63,917 nucleotides of DNA. Source: an uncultured Bdellovibrionales bacterium. Lineage in GTDB: Bacteria; Patescibacteriota; Minisyncoccia; Moranbacterales; GWC2-37-73. The stretch is from positions 1 to 63,917 of the forward strand of contig CAYVME010000001.1 of the NCBI GenBank assembly GCA_964452415.1, read 5' to 3'. The translations under genes were made by a program, and so were the position numbers. This document shows positions 17,590-24,685 of this stretch, one piece after another (within the stretch, counting starts at the first letter, position 1; each line of letters opens with the position of its first letter). The notes beneath the pieces are model-generated. The model did not search any database. It saw only the letters and a list, made by a program, of their open reading frames with translations, and was not told the DNA's origin.

Positions 17590-19005
17590 TTAGACAACTT
17601 TTTTCTTTTTTGTGACAACTTTAATTCCAGCTTCAATAAGTTGTTTTTCATCAAGAACACTAGGAGCTTCCATCATTGGATCTTCAGCTTCGCCTGTTTT
17701 TGCAAAAGCAATCACCTCTCGAATGTTTGGTTCGCCTTGCAGAATCATCACGATGCGATCAACTCCAGGTGCAATTCCACCATGTGGAGGAGCGCCATAT
17801 TTGAAAGCTTCAAGCATGTGACCATAGTCTCGCTGAATTTTCTCTTCAGGAATTCCCATGATTTCAACAACTTTTCTGAGGGCCTCAGGTTCATGATTTC
17901 TGATGCTACCACCGCCAATTTCAAAACCATTCAAAACGATGTCATATTGAGTTGTCAAAATGTCTGCAATGTTTTCTTTCTTCATCAAACTTTCCATAAA
18001 CTCAGGTTTTGGACGAGAAAATGGATTGTGTGTGAATGTCCAACCAGTCGAAGATTCTTCATCTTTTTCAAAAAATGGAAAATCGATCACCCAACAGAAA
18101 GCCAAAAGATTTGGATCATTTTTGTCCTCTCTGATGTCAGGTCTGTCATTGCCATATTTTTCCATCGATTCAGCATATGAAATTCGTGGAAAAGGAAGGG
18201 TTTGAATTTTCTTTTCTGGAAATTGGGTTTGCACAAGTTTAATGAGCATCTCCTCAACAACATTCATCACATCTTCTTGTTCAACAAAACTCATTTCCAT
18301 GTCCAATTGAGTGAATTCAGGCTGACGATCACCACGAGTGTCTTCATCTCTAAAACATCTTGCAATCTGGAAATATTTTTCAATGCCAGCGACCATCAAC
18401 AATTGTTTGTATTGTTGCGGTGATTGAGGCAAAGCATAAAACTTTCCCTTATAAATTCGAGATGGCACAACATAGTCTCTTGATCCTTCAGCGGTTGATT
18501 TTCCCAAAATTGGAGTCTCCACTTCAATAAAATCTTGCGCCCCAAGAAAGTCTCTGAAAAATTTCACCACCTTGTGTCTTGTGATGATATTGTTTCTCAT
18601 TCGCTCAGTTCGAAGATCAAGATAGCGATATTTCAATCTCAATTTTTCATCAGTTTCTTTTGTATCTTTGGTAATTTCAAATGGAGTTGTCTTGGCTTCA
18701 TTCAAGATCTTTATTGAAGCCACTTCCAATTCAACACCTCCAGTTGCACTGTCCTCTTTTTTTGCGCTCAAAGGTCGTTCCTTCACAATTCCCTCCATCT
18801 CAATCACAAACTCACTTCGAAGTCGTTTGGCATTGTCATGAGCTTCAACATGATCAGGAATAACAACTGTTTGAATGATTCCACTTCGGTCGCGAAGATC
18901 AACAAAAATCAATTTTCCATGATCTCTTCGAATGTGAACCCAACCTGCCAATTTCACAGTTTGTCCAACAAATTTAGGTGTGTCTGCAATGCTAATTCGC
19001 TTCAT
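17590..19005 (-). CDS. aspS: aspartyl-tRNA synthetase, bacterial-type core lacking the GAD insertion domain
   Basis: OB fold VKLAGWVHIRRDHGKLIFVDLRD; QSPQQYKQLLM; FRDEDTRGDRQPEFTQLDMEMSF; GGIAPGVDR. At 471 aa it is shorter than the roughly 590 aa I recall for typical bacterial AspRS. Confidence 0.9.
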   Translation of the reverse strand: MKRISIADTPKFVGQTVKLAGWVHIRRDHGKLIFVDLRDRSGIIQTVVIPDHVEAHDNAKRLRSEFVIEMEGIVKERPLSAKKEDSATGGVELEVASIKILNEAKTTPFEITKDTKETDEKLRLKYRYLDLRTERMRNNIITRHKVVKFFRDFLGAQDFIEVETPILGKSTAEGSRDYVVPSRIYKGKFYALPQSPQQYKQLLMVAGIEKYFQIARCFRDEDTRGDRQPEFTQLDMEMSFVEQEDVMNVVEEMLIKLVQTQFPEKKIQTLPFPRISYAESMEKYGNDRPDIREDKNDPNLLAFCWVIDFPFFEKDEESSTGWTFTHNPFSRPKPEFMESLMKKENIADILTTQYDIVLNGFEIGGGSIRNHEPEALRKVVEIMGIPEEKIQRDYGHMLEAFKYGAPPHGGIAPGVDRIVMILQGEPNIREVIAFAKTGEAEDPMMEAPSVLDEKQLIEAGIKVVTKKKKVV

Positions 19006-19021
19006 ATATTTTTATAGTAAA

Positions 19022-19822
19022 TTAATTCAAAATTTCATTGACTCGCCGGGCAAGATCACTGGGCACCAATCGTGTTTTTTCATAGAAGTCACTAATTCCC
19101 ATTTCTCGCACCGGCTGAATATCTTCCTCGATCAATGATGCTGACAGGACAATAATTGGAGTGTCCTTGGTCTTTTCATCAAGCTTGATTCTTCTGATGA
19201 TTTCTTCTCCTCCCATTGCCGGCATCACCATGTCAGTGATAATCAAATCGTATTGATTTTCTCCTGCCATCTTGGATCCCCAGGCACCATTCTTGGCATA
19301 TTCCACACAAAATCCTTCGTTTTCAAGTTTTTGACCAAACATTTCCAGAAAAATTTCTTCATCCTCAATGAAAAGAATTTTTTTGCCTTCACACTCAACT
19401 CTTTTCTCGTCTCCACCATTCAAACGATTCTTGTTTTTGTCCTGCTCAACATATTCATTCAAGAGTCTCTGGATTTCAACCACCAAATCAGATGGACTGA
19501 ATTGAGTTTTTCCGATATATCCATTGGCTCCGTTCTCTCTGGCAATCTTTTCATTTTCAGTCTTGTCCAAATTGCTGAAGATAATGACTTTCAAGTCCTT
19601 GCCATATTCCTCATTGCTTCGAAGTTCCTTGAGCACATCCATCCCGCTCATTTCAGGCAAAACCATGTCCAAAAGCACAAGATCAAACTTGTCTTCTTTG
19701 GCAAATTTCAAAACTTCCTTTCCTGTGACAGCATTAACAACCTCAAATCCAGCGGATTCGAATTTTTTCACATAAATATCGGCAATCATTTGATCGTCCT
19801 CAACCAGCATTATCTTGGCCAT
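19022..19822 (-). CDS. response regulator made of two receiver (REC) domains, no output domain
   Basis: REC1 KIMLVEDD...DLVLLDMVLPEMSG...IIFSNL..K; REC2 KILFIEDE...DLIITDMVMPAMGG...IIVLSAS. No histidine kinase in the window. Confidence 0.8.
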   Translation of the reverse strand: MAKIMLVEDDQMIADIYVKKFESAGFEVVNAVTGKEVLKFAKEDKFDLVLLDMVLPEMSGMDVLKELRSNEEYGKDLKVIIFSNLDKTENEKIARENGANGYIGKTQFSPSDLVVEIQRLLNEYVEQDKNKNRLNGGDEKRVECEGKKILFIEDEEIFLEMFGQKLENEGFCVEYAKNGAWGSKMAGENQYDLIITDMVMPAMGGEEIIRRIKLDEKTKDTPIIVLSASLIEEDIQPVREMGISDFYEKTRLVPSDLARRVNEILN

Positions 19823-19911
19823 ATTTGATCTTTTTTAATAATTTCTACTTTCCAAGTATATCCAAAACAAGGGAAAAAAGCAAGAAAAGGCTCAGGTTTG
19901 AATAATTTTGA

Positions 19912-19949
19912 AAAATATAAAAGGGATTTCTCATTCAGAGAAATCCCTT
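19912..19949 (-). terminator. rho-independent terminator after the 177-aa hypothetical gene
   Basis: Perfect 12-bp stem aagggatttctc/gagaaatccctt with a 5-nt loop, followed on the minus strand by TTTTATATTTTT. Confidence 0.7.
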
Positions 19950-19972
19950 TTGGCCCGCGATGTCCAAAAAAC

Positions 19973-20482
19973 TCACTCTTCAGCCTTTTTAATGGTCTCA
20001 TCGATGGCCCGTGCATTTGTGCAGGCATCTGTTTCTTTGTCGAAAAACTTGCAACGATACTCAGGCGTTTTGTCATCTTCATAATATCGACAAATCTCCT
20101 GATTACCGGCATATCTGACACAAAGAAAAACTTGTCTGCATTCACCACCACCTTTAAGTGTCAATAAAATTTCATGCTCGAGAAATTTTGTTACCGTCAT
20201 AAGGGATGTCCCAATTGACTGAATCCCCTCAACCCTGAAAAAGCCTTTGTTCAGATTCACATGTTCCTGCATGCTTTTGAAAAGATCACTTTCCCCATTG
20301 GGACATTCTTCCATCTTTTTGCAAAGCCAGATGAAATATTCCCTTAATCCTGGGAAAGATGGTGCGCCAGCAAAATCTTCCTGCTGAGCAAAAAATTCAG
20401 GATACTTCTCCACGAGTTTCAAAATCTTTTCCTGCTCTCTTTTTATTGCAACTTCCTCAGAAGCTTCCGCCAAATCAAGCAT
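19973..20482 (-). CDS. hypothetical Cys-rich protein
   Basis: ORF 19973..20506. Start placed at MLDLAE, which lies 5 nt after a G7 run that could act as the RBS. No recognised domain. Confidence 0.5.
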   Translation of the reverse strand: MLDLAEASEEVAIKREQEKILKLVEKYPEFFAQQEDFAGAPSFPGLREYFIWLCKKMEECPNGESDLFKSMQEHVNLNKGFFRVEGIQSIGTSLMTVTKFLEHEILLTLKGGGECRQVFLCVRYAGNQEICRYYEDDKTPEYRCKFFDKETDACTNARAIDETIKKAEE

Positions 20483-20640
20483 AAGACCCCCCCTTTTTTT
20501 TTGCAATCTATTTATTGCATCATTTTTTTGTTAAGGTAGTTTTCCATCATACACAGCAAAATATTAATTGTAAAGGTTCAACAAAAAAATACCCCTAACA
20601 GATTTATGCTTGTTACGCAGCATGCTGCGTAACAAAAAAA

Positions 20641-21108
20641 CTATTTAGATTTAATTTTTGGAAACAATTTTGGCACCTTTCGTTTGTATTCCGAATACTC
20701 ATCTCCAAATTTTTCAATCAAAGCTTTTTCCTCCAATCTTATCCAAAACAAAAACACAAACATCGCAAGATGCGCGCCAATCAAGAACCTAACATCGGGA
20801 TAGAAAAAGAAAAGTGACCAACCCAGCACAATGTCCGCTGAATATATTGGATGGCGAACTTTACCATAAACACCCTCGACAACAAGCCGATCAATTTTGT
20901 CCGCGCTAAGTGGCGCTTTGCGATGAACACTGATTGCGCCAAGAAAAAAATACAGCCACCAACCCAAGGCTGGAACAATCAAAAATGAGGTCAGCACATT
21001 TCTTGGCCACACCAACCTTGCAGGCACAAGCTGGAAGACAACGAACAAGCCTGCCAGGATTATTGCCCACATCAGCACCGGACTTACCAATTTTTTGTTA
21101 ATCTTCAT
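20641..21108 (-). CDS. isoprenylcysteine carboxyl methyltransferase (ICMT/PEMT)-family membrane methyltransferase
   Basis: 4-5 TM helices plus GVYGKVRHPIYSADIVLGWSLFF, typical of the ICMT family. Confidence 0.65.
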   Translation of the reverse strand: MKINKKLVSPVLMWAIILAGLFVVFQLVPARLVWPRNVLTSFLIVPALGWWLYFFLGAISVHRKAPLSADKIDRLVVEGVYGKVRHPIYSADIVLGWSLFFFYPDVRFLIGAHLAMFVFLFWIRLEEKALIEKFGDEYSEYKRKVPKLFPKIKSK

Positions 21109-21118
21109 AGATGAAATT

Positions 21119-21421
21119 TTAAATCAAGATATCAATAGTAAGTGAAACCATGTCGCCAGCTTTGATGTTTTCTTTTCTGCGCACTTCAGCTTTGAGCAAA
21201 AGCAAAAATGGGCCGTCTTTGCCTTCTGGAAAAAGTGAGGTTCTCCAAGTTGTTTTGCCAATTGAAACTTGAACAGGAAGTGAACCGAATCCACCAGTCA
21301 AATCCTGGAAGAATTTTTTCAAATCCCGCGAAAGACCCTTGGGGAGAAAAATCATATGCCAGACAATCTTCTTGCCTTCATACAATTGGACTTTTCTTCG
21401 CATTTTGAGTTCCATGGACAT
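21119..21421 (-). CDS. DUF1905-domain protein
   Basis: VQVSIGKTTWRTSLFPEGKDGPFLLLLKAEVRRKENIKAGDMVSLTIDI. Start moved to M28 so that it abuts the upstream HTH ORF. Confidence 0.5.
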   Translation of the reverse strand: MSMELKMRRKVQLYEGKKIVWHMIFLPKGLSRDLKKFFQDLTGGFGSLPVQVSIGKTTWRTSLFPEGKDGPFLLLLKAEVRRKENIKAGDMVSLTIDILI

Positions 21422-21425
21422 AAAT

Positions 21426-21620
21426 CTATTTTCGCTTGGAAACACTGGCCTTGATTTTGTCCAATTCCTCCTTGGGAACATTTTCCTCAATTCTTCTGAC
21501 AATCTGATGAGCCCGCGTGGCGGAAATTTTCATCTCTTTTGCAATATCGCGAAAAAACTTCCCCTCCGCGTGAAGTTGATAAACCTTCTTTCTTTGTTTT
21601 GTGAAATTATATGACCCCAT
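21426..21620 (-). CDS. small helix-turn-helix protein (sigma-70 region 4 / LuxR-like HTH)
   Basis: 64 aa; FRDIAKEMKISATRAHQIVRRIEE resembles a region-4 HTH. Confidence 0.45.
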   Translation of the reverse strand: MGSYNFTKQRKKVYQLHAEGKFFRDIAKEMKISATRAHQIVRRIEENVPKEELDKIKASVSKRK

Positions 21621-21642
21621 AATCTTTTTTCAGTTTAAATTA

Positions 21643-21948
21643 TCACACTACCAATATAGTTAAGAGCAAAAGAAAGATAAGCACAAGCCAACCGATCATC
21701 AAAGAGAAAAAGGTAATGCTATCTTTTTTCTTGCCTTCAAGATACAAAAGAACGGGCCTGCCAAAAATCAAAGCTGCTGACACGGCGGCGGAAATGACAA
21801 ACATCGTGAGAAACGCGATGCCCTTCAAGATTTCAGGTTTGTCACCAAACAATCTCTCAGCATTGTTCATAACCAAAACCACCAAGCCCACATAGGAAAC
21901 TTCGCAAACAGCCGTAACCAATGACTGCCAAATTAATGTTTTTTTCAT
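21643..21948 (-). CDS. small membrane protein (3 TM)
   Basis: 101-aa hydrophobic ORF. Confidence 0.45.
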   Translation of the reverse strand: MKKTLIWQSLVTAVCEVSYVGLVVLVMNNAERLFGDKPEILKGIAFLTMFVISAAVSAALIFGRPVLLYLEGKKKDSITFFSLMIGWLVLIFLLLLTILVV

Positions 21949-21964
21949 ATTTTTTTGTTTATAA

Positions 21965-21986
21965 TTATTTCCAATCTGAAATTATT
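21965..21986. repeat. 22-nt exact repeat TTATTTCCAATCTGAAATTATT (copy A)
   Basis: Identical to 23741..23762; partial third copy at 22757..22771 (caatctgaaattatt). Confidence 0.8.
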
Positions 21987-22028
21987 TATCCAGTTAAAAT
22001 TGAGGTACTCCTCACTATTCAACCAGGA

Positions 22029-22667
22029 TTATTTTCCAATCTTTATTTCTTCAATCAATCCGATAATGTCACTGAATTTTTCCGCTTTCCATTTGATGTC
22101 ATCCAGACCGTAATCATATTCAGAATAAAGAATGAACGGAATACCAGCAGCTTCGGCCGATTCAAGATCAGTCTTTTGGTCACCGATATACACAGCCTCC
22201 CCAGGGGAAATTCCAAGTTTTTCCAAAGCGACCAAGAGAGGTTCAGGATGAGGTTTAGGATTCTCATAATGCCCATAATGGACAACTTCTTTGAAACATT
22301 CTTTCAATGTGGAATGCTCGAGATAACTCTCCGTTCCATTTTCGTGCCGCCCTGTCACGATTCCCAGGTGATATTTTTTCGAAAGTTTCTTGATCGTTTC
22401 CACCGATCCTTCTGTCGGTTTCATTTTTTCAATTGGATATTTTATACCGTTGCTGATTTCCCTTATTCTTTGAAATTCCCTCTCCCCTGGATTTTTCGCA
22501 ACAAGTCTAATCATGTCGTCGAGAGAAATGTGAAACATATGACGATACTCGTCACGCGTTGGAGCCACATATCCAGACTCCTCAAATATATCCTTGAAAT
22601 ATCCATGGTTCGCCTCGAAGGAATCAACCAACACTCCATCCACATCAAATAATATAGCTTTTATCAT
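22029..22667 (-). CDS. HAD-superfamily hydrolase (phosphatase, subfamily IA)
   Basis: MIKAILFDVDGVLVDS (DxDG motif I), GIVTGR (motif II), YIGDQKTDLESA (motif IV). Confidence 0.8.
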   Translation of the reverse strand: MIKAILFDVDGVLVDSFEANHGYFKDIFEESGYVAPTRDEYRHMFHISLDDMIRLVAKNPGEREFQRIREISNGIKYPIEKMKPTEGSVETIKKLSKKYHLGIVTGRHENGTESYLEHSTLKECFKEVVHYGHYENPKPHPEPLLVALEKLGISPGEAVYIGDQKTDLESAEAAGIPFILYSEYDYGLDDIKWKAEKFSDIIGLIEEIKIGK

Positions 22668-22847
22668 ATTTTTACAATTGCTAATGAGTCAGCAAATGAA
22701 GATGATTTTTCATTTGTGTCGAGTGACGCAATTTCAAGCACGAAGTGCTTATATTGCAATCTGAAATTATTATCTCACTATTCGCCAAGTTCATCACTGA
22801 GCCATTCAGTTCTGACCCAATCAATATACTTTCGATGAAGTTCCCCG

Positions 22848-23738
22848 TCAAACTGTTTTACCGCCTCCAACCAGTCCTTTACGGTTTCGATCTCTTCTTG
22901 CCAATTCAGCCATTTTTGAATGATGACCAGCAACAGGATCGCCGACACCCAACCAAAGCTTGGCGTGTGTGGAGATTTCATCTCCTTCAATCAAAAGGTC
23001 TTCTTTGCCTTTGAAGGTTTCCTCATTGATTTCCTGTTGCAAGGAATAAATTTTGGGCATCTCATTGTTGTGCGGACGAGCAATATCAAAAGCATATTGT
23101 TTTCCATTTTCATCATTCACCACCAAAAAGCTATGACTTTCAGGAAATTCTTCATTGTCTTCCACATTATTCATGACGATGCCACTCATATAGCTGGATT
23201 GGATGCCTATTTTTTGCAAAATATATTGACCCATTGCAGCGCGCTCCGCACATTCGGTCTTGCCAACCAATTCAGACAATTTGGGCGCTGTTTCTCCGCC
23301 ATACTTTTTCATTCTTTCAAAAGAAGCTCCGGGCTCCGCATCAGCCGTTTTCAAGATCCCTGCCATTTTCTTTTGAGTTTGCAAACAAGCAAAAAATAAA
23401 AGTGGGTCAATGTCGGATTTCAACTTATCAAGATATTCGATAATGCTATCTTTGCCAGTTATCTCAAGCACCTCTTGAAGTCTTTGCGGGCTCAATGTCG
23501 AAAGATCCTTTTCAAAAGCATCAAAATCAAGCTCCAAAAAAGTGTCCATTTTTTCATTAAAAATAGATCCTCCCACTGGAAGCATCTGCCCGGCATCAAG
23601 CCTGTTCGCCCAGACGCCACGATACAATTCGTGAATCGCAGGTGTCTTTTCTTGCTCGCTTCCAATTTCAACAGAATCTTTCATTTTCTCTTCACCGTTG
23701 CCAGAGATTGAATTGTCAAATATTTTCAATTCTCCCAT
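22848..23738 (-). CDS. hypothetical protein with a transglutaminase/papain-like Cys-His-Asp spacing; 3' end possibly frameshifted
   Basis: KTECAERAAMGQYILQKIG...ESHSFLVV...YAFDIARP gives C-x38-H-x15-D. The ATG at 23738 lies 2 nt after the AbrB-like stop. The overlapping ORF 22778..22990 looks like the true C-terminus in another frame. Confidence 0.4.
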   Translation of the reverse strand: MGELKIFDNSISGNGEEKMKDSVEIGSEQEKTPAIHELYRGVWANRLDAGQMLPVGGSIFNEKMDTFLELDFDAFEKDLSTLSPQRLQEVLEITGKDSIIEYLDKLKSDIDPLLFFACLQTQKKMAGILKTADAEPGASFERMKKYGGETAPKLSELVGKTECAERAAMGQYILQKIGIQSSYMSGIVMNNVEDNEEFPESHSFLVVNDENGKQYAFDIARPHNNEMPKIYSLQQEINEETFKGKEDLLIEGDEISTHAKLWLGVGDPVAGHHSKMAELARRDRNRKGLVGGGKTV

Positions 23739-23740
23739 AT

Positions 23741-23762
23741 TTATTTCCAATCTGAAATTATT
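23741..23762. repeat. 22-nt exact repeat TTATTTCCAATCTGAAATTATT (copy C)
   Basis: Identical to 21965..21986. Here it encodes the C-terminus (IIISDWK stop) of the AbrB-like ORF. Confidence 0.8.
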
Positions 23763-23905
23763 ATTTTCTTTCTTTCAACCTTGAAAACCATTTTTTGGCG
23801 TTCGCGGATGCCGAGCTCCTGAACAATCTCAGATGGGATTGTGATTGAAAGACTTCGTTTTCCTTGGCGAGTTACCTTGCGAACAAGTTCTTCTTTTTTT
23901 TTCAT
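23741..23905 (-). CDS. AbrB/SpoVT/MazE-type small DNA-binding protein (54 aa, below the ORF-track cutoff)
   Basis: Hand translation: MKKKEELVRKVTRQGKRSLSITIPSEIVQELGIRERQKMVFKVERKKIIISDWK. SLSITIPSEIV..LGI...KMVF is the swapped-hairpin motif. Confidence 0.55.
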   Translation of the reverse strand: MKKKEELVRKVTRQGKRSLSITIPSEIVQELGIRERQKMVFKVERKKIIISDWK

Positions 23906-23920
23906 ATTTTTTTATTTTAA

Positions 23921-24106
23921 TTATTTTTCACCACCATAACGCTTTTCAATTTCTCCATCTTTTAATTCTTTTCCTGACCATCTTCCAACTCTGAAGCCAC
24001 AGTCAAGGCAGACCCATTCACTAATTCCATCGTAGCGTTCTGGACTTGTATAATTATATTCTACTCCACCAATATTCTTGCTACCACATTTCGAACATTT
24101 TTCCAT
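23921..24106 (-). CDS. small zinc-ribbon protein
   Basis: 61 aa with CSKCGS...CLDCG (CxxC-x27-CxxC). Confidence 0.5.
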   Translation of the reverse strand: MEKCSKCGSKNIGGVEYNYTSPERYDGISEWVCLDCGFRVGRWSGKELKDGEIEKRYGGEK

Positions 24107-24128
24107 ATTATTAAACTTTAATAATTAA

Positions 24129-24683
24129 CTATAAACTATTAATTTCTTTAATAATTTCCCTGTATTGTGGTATTCCCCTTTCTACCAAGTTCCAGAATTT
24201 TCGAGAATGATTAAACTCTTTCAGGTGACACAGCTCATGCACAATAACATAATCAGCAATTTTTTTGGGCAACAAGATAATTTTATAATTGAAATTCAAA
24301 TTTCCTTTTCGAGAGCAACTTCCCCATCTGGTTTTTTGATTCTTGATTGAAATTTTATTTATCTCATATTTATAAACCTGGTTAAAATGTGCCACTCTTT
24401 TTTCGGCAAATTTCAGCGCGTCATCTTTATATTTTTTATAGTCAGATTCACTTCTTTTTAGAAATATTTTATTTTTGATACTTTTGAAATAGGCAACTTT
24501 GTCCAAAATCCAAACAGCTTTTTCCTTGATTAATTTTTGAGCGAAACTTTCATTCATTTGATGTGGCAATGTAACCACAAAAGTTCCTTCACAATAAACA
24601 GCCAAGCGCATCCTTTTTGCACGCTTGCTTTTTTTGATTTCGTATTCAACCACCTTATTTTGTAGGGTTATTTTCTTTTTCAT
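24129..24683 (-). CDS. DUF45 / YgjP-like (M48-type) zinc metallopeptidase, R-M associated
   Basis: YVIVHELCHLKEFNHSRKFW (HExxH...H). Starts 2 nt after the hsdR stop. Confidence 0.75.
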   Translation of the reverse strand: MKKKITLQNKVVEYEIKKSKRAKRMRLAVYCEGTFVVTLPHQMNESFAQKLIKEKAVWILDKVAYFKSIKNKIFLKRSESDYKKYKDDALKFAEKRVAHFNQVYKYEINKISIKNQKTRWGSCSRKGNLNFNYKIILLPKKIADYVIVHELCHLKEFNHSRKFWNLVERGIPQYREIIKEINSL

Positions 24684-24685
24684 TG

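Noticed and set aside
19810-20151. 113-aa minus-strand ORF overlapping the 3' end of the 177-aa gene and the terminator.
   Set aside because: It runs through the strong terminator hairpin at 19912..19949 and into the response-regulator start. It has no motif and is most likely spurious.
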